64,000 nucleotides of DNA. Origin: Patescibacteria group bacterium (GTDB taxonomy: Bacteria > Patescibacteriota > Minisyncoccia > Phycocordibacterales > UBA9973). Below are positions 49,213-59,251 of this stretch, in pieces. The stretch's first letter is position 1. Every line of letters starts with the position of its first letter. The position numbers were made by a program, and so were the translations under genes. A model generated the notes under the pieces. The model was given only the letters and a program-made list of their open reading frames with translations. It was not told the DNA's origin and did no database searches. Location: positions 23,619-87,618 of the forward strand of contig JBBTUE010000001.1 in NCBI GenBank assembly GCA_038063915.1, given 5' to 3'.

Positions 49213-49320
49213 ACCAGCAAACGGGTTTTCTCAAGTTAATTGATGTTTTTGCATGTTTTTCTCTGAATTTGAGGAATATATACAGAAACATCAATTTTCT
49301 AAACGACTAAACTCAAAAGC

Positions 49321-50166
49321 ATGAACATTAAAATCTTTTTGGTTGCGATGACCCTTTTGGGTTTTCAACCAATAAAAGGACAAATTAGTCCGTGTGTGAC
49401 CTATGATCAAAAAAGGACCATGGCTCAATTTAAAAACCTCATACTTTACGGGAAGGACCCGTTCATCTGGCGCCAATTGTGGCCAGAGTATGCGAGGTTA
49501 GGTAACATGATCCTGCAAACCTCCAAAGATTCATCTGTTAGAACAAAAGTTCTGTCAGCTGATCAAAAGAGTATGCAATGGTTAATGGACCACTCAAAGG
49601 ACTACGCCGAATCGTTTTATGACTGGAGTGATTACAGGAATGCTGGTAGAGAAAAGGATCAACTCATCTATACAAATTCGAAAGGGTTACCCAGTTCCTG
49701 GGTTGTACTTTCTTATAAAGATGTTGAGGGTATGTATGCCAAATTGGCATGCGGTAATGCCGAAGATCCAAAAGAGTATAAATCCTATACTCCACCGCCT
49801 ACTATAGTAACACCACCACCTGTGGTAGTTTTTCCACCACCTGTTGTTCCCAAAAAAGATACGGTGTATCTTCCTACTCCTCCGGTAAAAAAAAGATTGC
49901 CAGAATTAGTAACAAAAGAGGAAAAGAAACCGGTTCGTGATACTGTTTTTTATTTTGTAAAAGAGACAAAAACAATAATTCATGAAGGCGGTAATGACTG
50001 GAGTAGACCAGTAGGAAATTATTACGATCCCTACAGACCCCGTCCGCAAGTGTCATTTTGGATTAATGGCAGTAATAACAGGCAGAGTAATTATCAGCCT
50101 GACCGCCGCTTTGACCCTCAGGGCCTTGGTGGAGGTGGTAACCGCTGGGATCCACCTGGTGGATAA
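49321..50166 (+). CDS. Secreted hypothetical protein with Pro-rich linker
   Basis: Signal peptide ending ...IKG|Q; PPPTIVTPPPVVVFPPPVV. Confidence 0.7.
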   Translation: MNIKIFLVAMTLLGFQPIKGQISPCVTYDQKRTMAQFKNLILYGKDPFIWRQLWPEYARLGNMILQTSKDSSVRTKVLSADQKSMQWLMDHSKDYAESFYDWSDYRNAGREKDQLIYTNSKGLPSSWVVLSYKDVEGMYAKLACGNAEDPKEYKSYTPPPTIVTPPPVVVFPPPVVPKKDTVYLPTPPVKKRLPELVTKEEKKPVRDTVFYFVKETKTIIHEGGNDWSRPVGNYYDPYRPRPQVSFWINGSNNRQSNYQPDRRFDPQGLGGGGNRWDPPGG

Positions 50167-50293
50167 AATGATTTAAGTGGGTTAACAAACGTAAAGAAGC
50201 TGTTTGAAATACAGCAGCTTCCTTACTTCTTTAAGTCTTGAACGCTTCGAAACCGTTGAAGGTTTAAAATTGTAAGATTAAATTAATATTAAT

Positions 50294-52618
50294 ATGAAAA
50301 ATTTTATGAAAAAAATAATAGTCGGAGTATTCTCACTAGCATTGATGCTCGTGGGTGTTAACATGGCGCAAGCAGCAGGATGGAATCAATATCCTGGCGA
50401 CTGCCCTGCAATTAATATAGGTAACTACAGTACTGGCCAAGGTATAAACCCTGGCTCTTGTTGGAACCTGACCAGTGTCTCGGCAACTGGTGGGCAAATT
50501 ATAAATGTCAAGATTTTTTACGACAATACAAACGGTGTTGCAGCGAATAATACAAATATTAGTCTTACAAAATCTCCTTCAGGTGCGAGTACAAATTTTT
50601 CCTTCTCAGGAAATCTAACTTCAAGTGCTGGTAACTTGCCATTTAGCCAAGTTACAGCAAATATTGCAACTTCTGAGACTTTGACGTTCAACCAAGCAAA
50701 ATGGTATCAAAACGGATCTTCTAGTCCTGTATCATTTCCTAGTGGTCAAACTGGCTCTGAAGCTTTTAGTGGAGGATTATCTCTAGGGACAATACCAAAC
50801 AATGATTGGGGGGCGATAGTATTCTCATTCAATGTTAGTTCAACTCAGCAAAGCATCTGTACAATTTCAAACTTCACTGCCAATGGTTCACAAACAGCAA
50901 ATATCTCTACTGGTCAGTCTGTAAATTTGGTTTGGAATACAACCGGCTGTACTTCAGTCACAGTTACAGGTTCAAATTACAACAACAACGCTCTAACTGG
51001 CAATCAAACAATTTATCCGACAACTTCAGGAACTTACACAATAAGTGCTTTTGGTCCAAATGGAGCTGTACCGACTCAGACTGTCTCTGTAAATATTACA
51101 AATACTCAGAGTAATTGCTACATAAATAGTTTCACCGCAAACGGTTCTTCAAATAATGTCTATATACAGATGAATAGCCCTGTCTATATAGTTTGGAGTA
51201 CCACTGGTTGTACATCAGCCACAGCTTCAGGCCTAGGGCTCTATAGCAACCAACTCTCAGGTAGTCAGACGATTTACCCATCATATTCAGGCAATGTTAA
51301 TCTAAATGCATACGGGAGTAACGGAAATCCAACACAGACTATTTATATAAACGTCGGTAATAATAATTACCAGACATGCCAAGACCCAAATGCTACTAAT
51401 TACGGTGGAGCACTTCCATGTAATTACTACAATCAATACAACAATTGTTATATAAATAGTTTTACAGCTAATGGCTCAAATTCCGTTAATATTAATTCAG
51501 GCCAAGCAGTCACACTTGCTTGGAATACAAATAATTGTACGTCAGTAAGTATTGCAGGTGTCGGTAGTAATCTACCAGCGTCTTATAGTCAAATTGTCTA
51601 TCCGACGTACACAACTACTTATGTCATGAATGCTTATGGTACTTATGGTGGAAACGCTAGCCGATCAGTAAGTGCAAATGTAAACAATGTTATATATCCA
51701 CCAATCTATAGTAATACATGTGCAGTCACTACAGTTGCAACAAATGTAACAAAGAATTCCGCTCAATTAAACGGTCTGGTAACAAATAATAATCAAAATT
51801 CAAATGCTTACTTTGAGTACGGTACCACCGTTGGCCTTGGGTCACGTACAAACGCACGTTCTACTAATGGTTCATTTAATGAAATCATAAGCGGTCTTAC
51901 AGAAGACACTATCTACTATTTCAGATCAGTAGCTGACTGCAGTGGAGGTACTAGTCGTGGAAAAATAGAAATTTTCAGCACTCTAGCTGAAAAAGTAATA
52001 AGACCTGTTATTATCCAAGGTACTACAGTTGTCGGTACACGCTCACCTATAATGCTAAAAATAGAAGATCGTTACCAATCAATCGGAGTAGGGGATATTG
52101 TAGATTATACTGTTACTTATAAAAATATAAGCAAGTTACTACTCTCTGATCCAGTTGTCCAAGTCGTAGTCCCTCGTGGAATTACAGTTATTAATTCTTC
52201 AGCAGGTACGTACTCCACAGACACAAATACCCTAACTGTACCACTTGAGAATCTAAAGCCAGGTGATGAAGGAGTGATATATGTCCAAGGGCGAGTAGAC
52301 TCGATCTCCTCAAACGTTGCTCAGATTGTCACAACTGCGATATTAGTATATACAGCTCCAAATAGTGCTCAAGAAAATGCAATTGCCTATGTGTTAAATA
52401 GTCCTAGAGAAATTGTACCTGTTGTAAAAGCAGATACAAATGGATTGGGTGCTGCCGCATTCTTTGCAGGCATATTCCCAACTACTTTACTTGGATGGTT
52501 GCTACTCATCGCACTGATTTTAGCTATCATTCTTGCTACTCGTAAATATGGTAGTAAGTCAGTAGTGCGTACAACTTCTCCAACTGGTAATCATACAACT
52601 ACGACTACAAGTTATTAA
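50294..52618 (+). CDS. Surface protein with three Cys-containing Ig/PKD-like repeats, FN3-like and DUF11-like domains, C-terminal TM anchor
   Basis: Three C-x-I-x-x-FTANG...W-x-T-x-x-CTS...IYP repeats; GDIVDYTVTYKN; C-terminal hydrophobic helix. Confidence 0.8.
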   Translation: MKNFMKKIIVGVFSLALMLVGVNMAQAAGWNQYPGDCPAINIGNYSTGQGINPGSCWNLTSVSATGGQIINVKIFYDNTNGVAANNTNISLTKSPSGASTNFSFSGNLTSSAGNLPFSQVTANIATSETLTFNQAKWYQNGSSSPVSFPSGQTGSEAFSGGLSLGTIPNNDWGAIVFSFNVSSTQQSICTISNFTANGSQTANISTGQSVNLVWNTTGCTSVTVTGSNYNNNALTGNQTIYPTTSGTYTISAFGPNGAVPTQTVSVNITNTQSNCYINSFTANGSSNNVYIQMNSPVYIVWSTTGCTSATASGLGLYSNQLSGSQTIYPSYSGNVNLNAYGSNGNPTQTIYINVGNNNYQTCQDPNATNYGGALPCNYYNQYNNCYINSFTANGSNSVNINSGQAVTLAWNTNNCTSVSIAGVGSNLPASYSQIVYPTYTTTYVMNAYGTYGGNASRSVSANVNNVIYPPIYSNTCAVTTVATNVTKNSAQLNGLVTNNNQNSNAYFEYGTTVGLGSRTNARSTNGSFNEIISGLTEDTIYYFRSVADCSGGTSRGKIEIFSTLAEKVIRPVIIQGTTVVGTRSPIMLKIEDRYQSIGVGDIVDYTVTYKNISKLLLSDPVVQVVVPRGITVINSSAGTYSTDTNTLTVPLENLKPGDEGVIYVQGRVDSISSNVAQIVTTAILVYTAPNSAQENAIAYVLNSPREIVPVVKADTNGLGAAAFFAGIFPTTLLGWLLLIALILAIILATRKYGSKSVVRTTSPTGNHTTTTTSY

Positions 52619-52630
52619 TTAATATCTTAG

Positions 52631-52664
52631 CAAAACCCTCTCGGCTTAGGCTGGGAGGGTTTTG
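52631..52664 (+). terminator. Intrinsic terminator
   Basis: CAAAACCCTCTCGGC-TTAG-GCTGGGAGGGTTTTG. Confidence 0.75.
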
Positions 52665-52679
52665 TGTTAGTATATGTCT

Positions 52680-53117
52680 ATGGAAATCATTGTTACCAAG
52701 GGCGAGCTCCAAGCCGTCGCGCACAAGCTAATAAAAAAAATTTACAGCCTCAAAAGTGGTACGGCTATTGTTGTTGCCCTTGAAGGTGAGCTCGGTAGTG
52801 GCAAGACGACTCTAACTCAAGAAATTGCTAAAATTCTCGGAGTCAAAGAGGGAGTCATCTCGCCAACTTTCGTGATTATGAAAAAATACAAAGTTAGTGA
52901 CAAAAAATTCAAACAGTTAATTCATATAGATGCCTACCGACTAAATAAAAGTTCAGAGTTACTACATCTTGGCTGGCAGGAACTGCTTGAAGATAAAAAC
53001 AATCTGATAATAATCGAGTGGCCGGGCAATGTACCAGAATGTATTCCAAGTAACGCTTGCCACCTCGAACTTGCTCACGATAAAGAGCACACTCGCACGA
53101 TAAAATTCAAAGCTTGA
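52680..53117 (+). CDS. tsaE: tRNA t6A biosynthesis ATPase
   Basis: GELGSGKTT, SPTF, HIDAYRL, IIEW. Confidence 0.95.
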   Translation: MEIIVTKGELQAVAHKLIKKIYSLKSGTAIVVALEGELGSGKTTLTQEIAKILGVKEGVISPTFVIMKKYKVSDKKFKQLIHIDAYRLNKSSELLHLGWQELLEDKNNLIIIEWPGNVPECIPSNACHLELAHDKEHTRTIKFKA

Positions 53118-53181
53118 TTTTTCGTGGTTTTGTGGTAGTATTAGCCCAAAAGAAAAATCTTTTCACCCTAAATCTAAATAA

Positions 53182-54207
53182 GTGAATATATTTAAAAGTA
53201 GGATTTGGCTTAACTATTTTGTATACGCCATCCCTTTAACATTTACTTGGTATCTAACTAAAGGTATCCTTTATTTAGCTAACCTTGGGCATAGGTCAGA
53301 TGATATATTTGGTGTCTATCTGGTATTTGTCGGATTTGTGGTTCTCAGTATTATTATAGGAACGGTTTATGTAATATTAGAGATAAAAAAACCTTTTATC
53401 TTGAGATTTATACTTACTTTGATTTTTGGGATCTTGTTTATACCGACCTTTCTGTTATTTTTAATTGGGGGACTAGTTATTACTATCTTCCCAAAACTAA
53501 GTTGTCCTATCACTTACTTTATAAATATCCTCACGCAGTTTATGACTGGTATGTTTATTGTAAAAAAGGGCAACTTAAAATCCTTAAACAAAGGCAAAGC
53601 CATTTTAGTTTTGAACCATAGGAGTTCGGGCGACTATTCATTAGCATCTACAATCGCTGGATCAGCTCAATGGCGCGTCATGATAGGCGCGAATTTATGG
53701 AAAATTTGGTGGCTACGCTGGTTTTTTGACAGGATTGGTTTAAAGATTCCAAGAGAACAAGACAAAGCAGAAGAAAGAGCAGCAGCTGTTCGTGAAGCAC
53801 AAACATTTATAAATGAGGGGAAAAATGCAAAAGTTATTATTTTTTCGGAGGGGACAAGAAACCGTGATGATAATATTCCGATGCTTCCATTTAAACCTGG
53901 TGCGTTCAAATTGGCCTGCGATATGAAAGTACCAATCATCCCAATAGTAATAATCGGTATGCAATACTGGAGAAGGCCAAGTCCTCAAGACCCTACTTCG
54001 TTTAAAAAGAAAAAAAGAAAATTTTCCTTACGAAGTTTACCTAAAAAGGTCACCGCTTTCCTGGTATATATATTTAAGGAAGGGATTAATCCTACGATTA
54101 TCAAGGTTCATTACCTTGACCCTATAGAGTCAAGCGGGAAAGAACCCAAGGATTTACAGCAAGAAGTATGGTCTAAAATGTCCACGTTATATGAGAAGTA
54201 CTCGTAG
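53182..54207 (+). CDS. PlsC-like lysophospholipid acyltransferase with N-terminal TMs
   Basis: NHRSSGD (HX4D), FSEGTR, FKPGAF, VPIIP. Confidence 0.88.
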   Translation: MNIFKSRIWLNYFVYAIPLTFTWYLTKGILYLANLGHRSDDIFGVYLVFVGFVVLSIIIGTVYVILEIKKPFILRFILTLIFGILFIPTFLLFLIGGLVITIFPKLSCPITYFINILTQFMTGMFIVKKGNLKSLNKGKAILVLNHRSSGDYSLASTIAGSAQWRVMIGANLWKIWWLRWFFDRIGLKIPREQDKAEERAAAVREAQTFINEGKNAKVIIFSEGTRNRDDNIPMLPFKPGAFKLACDMKVPIIPIVIIGMQYWRRPSPQDPTSFKKKKRKFSLRSLPKKVTAFLVYIFKEGINPTIIKVHYLDPIESSGKEPKDLQQEVWSKMSTLYEKYS

Positions 54208-54293
54208 GCCATATAATAAAAAGAAATGTTTGATTATCGAGATACCTAATACGGTCTCGATTTTTTAATACCCAAAAATGCTATAATCGACTT

Positions 54294-56726
54294 ATGTCAA
54301 AAGGGAAAAATGCTCAAAAAAGACTTGTTTTGCTTGATGTTCACGCGATTATTCACCGCGCCTATCATGCCTTACCCGAATTTTCTAGTTCCAAAGGGGA
54401 ACCGACTGGGGCGATATATGGCCTAGCAACAATGCTTTTTAAAATCATCACCGAGCTCAAACCAGACTATATTGTAGCCTGCTTTGACTTACCCAAGAAA
54501 ACTTTTCGTCATGAAGCTTATGATAACTATAAAGCAGGTAGAGCAAAGACTGATGATGCATTAGTGGCGCAGATTATTCGCTCGCGAGATTTCTTTAAAG
54601 CTTTTTCTATACCAATGTATGAGTGTGAAGGTTTTGAAGCGGATGATTTACTAGGGACAATCGCTGAACATTTGAAAAACAATCACAAAGATGTCGACGT
54701 CATCATCGCATCAGGCGATATGGATACACTCCAACTTGTAGATGACGAAAAAGTCCGAGTCTACACTCTCAAGAAAGGAATCAACGATACTATTTTATAT
54801 GATGAAGATAAAGTCAAAGAGCGATTTGGATTTCTACCGAAATACTTACCAGATTATAAAGGGCTTCGCGGTGATCCGTCAGATAATATTATTGGCATCA
54901 AAGGCATAGGTGAGAAAACGGCTACGACCCTAATAGTAGAATATGGCACGATAGAAAAAATGTACGAAGCGATGAAGAAAAGCGACACAGTGGTACGCAA
55001 ACTCGGTATTACTGAGCGGATTTTTAATTTATTAAAAGATGGCGAGGAAGAAGCACTATTCTCAAAAACTCTCGCTACTATTCGTCGTGATGCGCCGATT
55101 AAGTTCGAGTTACCTAAAATGTCTTGGCGCGATACTGTGATCAAAGATGATGTAGCAGAATTTTTCCGTTATATGGAGTTCAAGAGTCTTCAGACAAGAT
55201 TTGTAAATATTTTAGATGGTAATGAAAATAAAAAAGCCTCGACCAAAGTCGGGGCCCCGATAGAGGTCAGGGAGGAAATTATAGACCCAAATATAAGTAG
55301 AGACAAATTAACCAAAGCTAAAATTGCTCTCTGGCTTCTCAATTCCGAGAAAACAGATCCAAATATGGATGATATTACTCACTATAAAGGAAGCTCTTCT
55401 TTTGACGAGGCATTCACCAAACTAGAGAGGGACATTGAGAAGGAGAATTTAACCTACGTCTACAAGGATATTGAGCTACCTATCATTCATATCATCGCGG
55501 GTATGGAAGAGCGGGGTATCAAAGTGGACCTAGAGTATTTAAAAAAGTTGTCAAAAGATTATCATACAGAGCTTACCAAAATAGAAAAAAGTATTTGGAA
55601 GATGGCGGGGCGAGAATTCAATATAAACTCACCAAAGCAATTAGGAGAAGTACTTTTTGATGAATTAAAAATTCAAGAGATGGGGGACAAGGGAGCACGC
55701 ACAAAAATGAAAAAGACTGCTGGTGGCGCCCGCTCGACTCGCGAAAGTGAACTCGAGAAACTAAAAGGAGAGCATCCAATTATAGATGAGATATTAAAGT
55801 ACCGTGAACTTCAAAAATTACTATCGACGTATATCGATACTATCCCAGAGCAAGTATCAAGTGATGGCCGTCTTCACGCAAAGTTTATCCAAACAGGTTC
55901 TTCAACTGGACGATTCTCGTCTCAGAATCCTAATTTACAAAATATTCCCATCAAGACAGAACTTGGTAAAAATATTCGAAAGAGCTTTGTCGCAGAGAGT
56001 GGTTATGTCCTCGCGTCTTTTGATTATTCGCAAATAGAACTTCGAGTTGCAGCGCTGATGTCGCAAGATCCATACTTCATAGAAGTATTCAAAGAGGGGA
56101 AGGATATTCACTCTGCGGTGGCGATGAAAGTTTTCGGCGTCAAAGAGAGTGATGTAACGTATGACATGCGTCGTCGCGCCAAGATTATTAACTTCGGAAT
56201 GCTCTACGGTATGGGGGTCAACGCCTTGCGCCAGAATATTGGCACTGACCGAAAAGAAGCGCAGATTTTCTATGATAATTATTTTGCCCAATTTCCGAGC
56301 ATCGTGGCTTATTTAGATAGTATTAAAAAATTCGCCAAGGACCATGGCTATACAGAGACGCTCTTTGGGCGCAAACGCTACTTCTCAGGCATTCGCTCAC
56401 CTATACCGTTTATCAAGGCTATGGCCGAGCGAATGGCTATCAACGCACCTATTCAAGGCACAGCTACGGCTGATATCATCAAGATTAGCATGAGAAGAGT
56501 TGAGGACGATCTAAAGAAAGCAGGGATACTAGACGATGTGCGACTTGTCCTCCAAGTCCACGATGAACTAGTATATGAGATAAAGGAGGATAAGGTAAAG
56601 CAGGCTATGAAGATAGTGGAAACGGCCATGAAGCACGTAATACCCAGTGAATTCTTGGCCAATTTAGAGTCAGTTCCGCTTGAAGTCTCATCGAGCTCTG
56701 GTCCAACTTGGGGGGATTTGAAGTAG
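54294..56726 (+). CDS. polA: DNA polymerase I (5'-3' exonuclease + polymerase; proofreading domain apparently absent)
   Basis: EADD, GDPSDNIIG, DYSQIELR, RRRAKIINFGMLYG, LQVHDELV. Confidence 0.97.
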   Translation: MSKGKNAQKRLVLLDVHAIIHRAYHALPEFSSSKGEPTGAIYGLATMLFKIITELKPDYIVACFDLPKKTFRHEAYDNYKAGRAKTDDALVAQIIRSRDFFKAFSIPMYECEGFEADDLLGTIAEHLKNNHKDVDVIIASGDMDTLQLVDDEKVRVYTLKKGINDTILYDEDKVKERFGFLPKYLPDYKGLRGDPSDNIIGIKGIGEKTATTLIVEYGTIEKMYEAMKKSDTVVRKLGITERIFNLLKDGEEEALFSKTLATIRRDAPIKFELPKMSWRDTVIKDDVAEFFRYMEFKSLQTRFVNILDGNENKKASTKVGAPIEVREEIIDPNISRDKLTKAKIALWLLNSEKTDPNMDDITHYKGSSSFDEAFTKLERDIEKENLTYVYKDIELPIIHIIAGMEERGIKVDLEYLKKLSKDYHTELTKIEKSIWKMAGREFNINSPKQLGEVLFDELKIQEMGDKGARTKMKKTAGGARSTRESELEKLKGEHPIIDEILKYRELQKLLSTYIDTIPEQVSSDGRLHAKFIQTGSSTGRFSSQNPNLQNIPIKTELGKNIRKSFVAESGYVLASFDYSQIELRVAALMSQDPYFIEVFKEGKDIHSAVAMKVFGVKESDVTYDMRRRAKIINFGMLYGMGVNALRQNIGTDRKEAQIFYDNYFAQFPSIVAYLDSIKKFAKDHGYTETLFGRKRYFSGIRSPIPFIKAMAERMAINAPIQGTATADIIKISMRRVEDDLKKAGILDDVRLVLQVHDELVYEIKEDKVKQAMKIVETAMKHVIPSEFLANLESVPLEVSSSSGPTWGDLK

Positions 56727-56761
56727 TAGCAGAAATGGATACATGGTGGTAGGATAATTAT

Positions 56762-57274
56762 ATGGCAGAAGACGTAAAATCAACAACAGACGAACTAAAA
56801 GACAAGTCGTATCGTGATGGATTGGTACACCTCATTCTTTCGCATTCGTATACTGTATTTTGGATGGCAGTTGTCCTTGGATTAATATTGGATATTTATG
56901 TTCCAATTGGTATTTTCTATGGACAAATGTATCAGTACGTCGGAGCAGGAATGATAATACTCGGATCTATTATTATCTACTGGGCCCAATCGACTACGAA
57001 CTGTACACTCCGAGAAGTAGAGAAGGGAATATGCCCTATTCGTGAGTTTGCTCGTGGTCCTTACAAATACAGTCGCAACCCAACCCATATTGGACTTTTT
57101 ATTATGACCCTCGGTCTTGCTTTTATTCTCAATTCACTGTTCTCTATTATTTTGGTAGTCGTAGCGTTTTTGATTACAAAATTAGTTTTTGTTAAAAAAG
57201 AGGAGTGTCTCCTTGAGGAAAAATACGGAGATATCTATTGTGATTATAAAAAGAAAGTTCGTACTTGGATATGA
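56762..57274 (+). CDS. ICMT/PEMT-family membrane methyltransferase
   Basis: GPYKYSRNPTH, EE...L...YG..Y..Y..KVRTWI. Confidence 0.8.
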   Translation: MAEDVKSTTDELKDKSYRDGLVHLILSHSYTVFWMAVVLGLILDIYVPIGIFYGQMYQYVGAGMIILGSIIIYWAQSTTNCTLREVEKGICPIREFARGPYKYSRNPTHIGLFIMTLGLAFILNSLFSIILVVVAFLITKLVFVKKEECLLEEKYGDIYCDYKKKVRTWI

Positions 57275-57906
57275 TATATATAATAGTCGGCAATGATATT
57301 AAAAAAAGGAATGAGTATATCCACTCACTTTCGCTTGTAGGTGAGTCTACGAGACTAGACCAAAACACGATAACAAAGGAAGGAATAATAGATTTAGCTC
57401 TCAGCCAGAATCTGTTTAACGAAAATCAAGTTCTCGTCGCAGACGGTATTCTTTCTTCAGACGATTTTTCTTTCTCAAAGGAGAATTTAGTCGAATTACA
57501 AAATTCTCCAAATACATTCGTTTTCTTGGAAGACAAGCTACTTGCAAGTGAGGAGAAGAAATACGATAAGTACGCTACCATCAAGCGCTTTCTAGATAAA
57601 AAGGTTGCAGATACTCCGAAGACCAATACTTTTGCTATTGCCGATGCATATGGTCGCCACGACAAGGTATCTACTTGGATTTTATACAGAGAGGCCATAG
57701 AGTCTGGCTCAGCGCCTGAGGCTATATCTGGAATGTTGTTTTGGAAGATAAAGAATATGGCACTAACAGGGACAAAGAATTTCTCGACTGATACTCTAAA
57801 GAAGCAATCGAGTGCCCTTGTATCGCTCTACCACCAATCACACAGAGGGGAGTCCGACCTATCTCTTGGGCTCGAGCAATTCATTCTAACATCACTAAGC
57901 AAATAA
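57271..57906 (+). CDS. Probable divergent DNA polymerase III delta subunit (HolA-like)
   Basis: MIYIIVGND start, SQNLF, FAIADA, LEQFIL C-terminus. Confidence 0.55.
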   Translation: MIYIIVGNDIKKRNEYIHSLSLVGESTRLDQNTITKEGIIDLALSQNLFNENQVLVADGILSSDDFSFSKENLVELQNSPNTFVFLEDKLLASEEKKYDKYATIKRFLDKKVADTPKTNTFAIADAYGRHDKVSTWILYREAIESGSAPEAISGMLFWKIKNMALTGTKNFSTDTLKKQSSALVSLYHQSHRGESDLSLGLEQFILTSLSK

Positions 57907-57970
57907 AAAGGCCTAGGAGTCAAACCTCAATAAGTCTGCTGACTTGATGAGAACTGGCTCCTAGGCCTTT
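57907..57970 (+). terminator. Long 64-nt hairpin after holA-like gene
   Basis: AAAGGCCTAGGAGTC/GGCTCCTAGGCCTTT outer stem, CTCAATAAGTC/GACTTGATGAG inner stem. Confidence 0.55.
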
Positions 57971-58213
57971 AGCCTTTAGAACGAAAGAACATATGCACTT
58001 ATATAATATATAATTGGTCAGTGCAATAAAATGTACTTGTGTGTATAACCTCTTCCCGATTTATTTATCCCATAATCTTTGGGTGTAGATTGGAAAGCTA
58101 TAAACGATACGACTTAGGTACATTATACACCAGATATCGGAAATAGCAAAATCTCTTGTGGATAAACTATTTAGAAGGTGGTCAGGCTTTGAAAAAGCCG
58201 ATTAGTTCTATTC

Positions 58214-58289
58214 TGGTGCCCTCGGTAGGAATCGAACCTACGACCATCTCCTTAAAAGGGAGCTGCTCTACCAACTGAGCTACGAGGGC
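58214..58289 (-). tRNA. tRNA-Lys(UUU)
   Basis: GCCCTCG acceptor, TAGCTCAGTTGGTAGAGC D arm, anticodon loop CTTTTAA, GGTTCGATTCC, encoded CCA; 76 nt. Confidence 0.96.
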
Positions 58290-58359
58290 ATATTGACGAT
58301 TACCCAAAAATACCATATTTAAGCCTTTAAATCAATATGAAATGTTATTATAAATGAGT

Positions 58360-58581
58360 ATGTACATCCATGTAAAAATTATCGCCAAAGCTAAAAAGGA
58401 ATCAATCAAACAAGAAAACGAGGACCACTTCCTCATTTCCGTCCGTGAGCCCGCCGAACGCAACCTCGCCAATACTAGGGTAATAGAGATCCTTGCCCTC
58501 CACTTCAAACTCCCAGTTGCTAAGGTTAAAATTATTAATGGACACAAATCTCCAAGTAAACTTATATCTATTAAGGAATAA
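58360..58581 (+). CDS. DUF167/YggU-family protein
   Basis: VKIIAKAKK...VREPAERNLAN...IINGHKSPSK; start 58354 or 58360. Confidence 0.85.
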   Translation: MYIHVKIIAKAKKESIKQENEDHFLISVREPAERNLANTRVIEILALHFKLPVAKVKIINGHKSPSKLISIKE

Positions 58582-58687
58582 TCAACGCCCGCCCGCCAAC
58601 CACTTGTGGGGCGGGGGCATCATAGCCCAAGTAAGCTTTTAGCGGTGGATTGAGTTTGAGTTCGTACTAGAGTAGAATGAAGGAGTT

Positions 58688-59251
58688 ATGAGACTAGCAA
58701 AACATAAAATATCATTAGGTGGGAAAAAATTAGAAATCGAGGTTGCTTATTTAGACAAGAAAGACGGGAAGATTTTTAAAAAACTTTTTGATATTTGGAG
58801 AAAGTTAAATATAGGACTTGAAAAGTATGGAAGAAAAGTAAATATTCCTGAGGTTATATCTGAAGGAATGTTCTGTGTTTTTTCTAGCTCTGTTCGTTAC
58901 CAAAAAAAATTAAAAGGGGAGGGGACAGTTTCTTTCGATACAATTAATATAAAAAATCAAAGAAGAGAGCAAATAAAAGCGTCTAGTATAGAAGAAGATT
59001 TAACTTCTTTTGGACCAAGAACTGAATGGGACGATTTGTATTTTCTGGATTTTTTCAATAATGGGAAATTAGATGGAACTTTTAACGTTTACTTAATTCC
59101 AAATAAATTGATATATTCAAATGCTGTGAATAAAGGTCAAACCATGAAAGATCAACAAGGGGAAAAACGCAGACCTCGTTTCAGTATAAAGAAAGATATT
59201 ATTGATAAATATAAAATTAAACCTAAAGCTAAGAATGTGAAGGTTTGGTAA
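58688..59251 (+). CDS. Type II restriction endonuclease, Bsp6I-like
   Basis: NIPEVISEG, SFD...EQIKASS, TSFGP, RRPRFSI; convergent with C5 methyltransferase. Confidence 0.75.
   Translation: MRLAKHKISLGGKKLEIEVAYLDKKDGKIFKKLFDIWRKLNIGLEKYGRKVNIPEVISEGMFCVFSSSVRYQKKLKGEGTVSFDTINIKNQRREQIKASSIEEDLTSFGPRTEWDDLYFLDFFNNGKLDGTFNVYLIPNKLIYSNAVNKGQTMKDQQGEKRRPRFSIKKDIIDKYKIKPKAKNVKVW

Noticed and set aside
54294-56726. Short PolA lacking proofreading domain as a novelty
   Set aside because: Loss or degeneration of this domain is common in bacterial Pol I.
58062-58124. 20-aa minus-strand ORF MYLSRIVYSFPIYTQRLWDK
   Set aside because: Too short, with no supporting motif or translation signal.
58586-58620. 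GC-rich imperfect hairpin before the endonuclease gene
   Set aside because: Probably a terminator for the DUF167 gene; no second copy found to call it a repeat.
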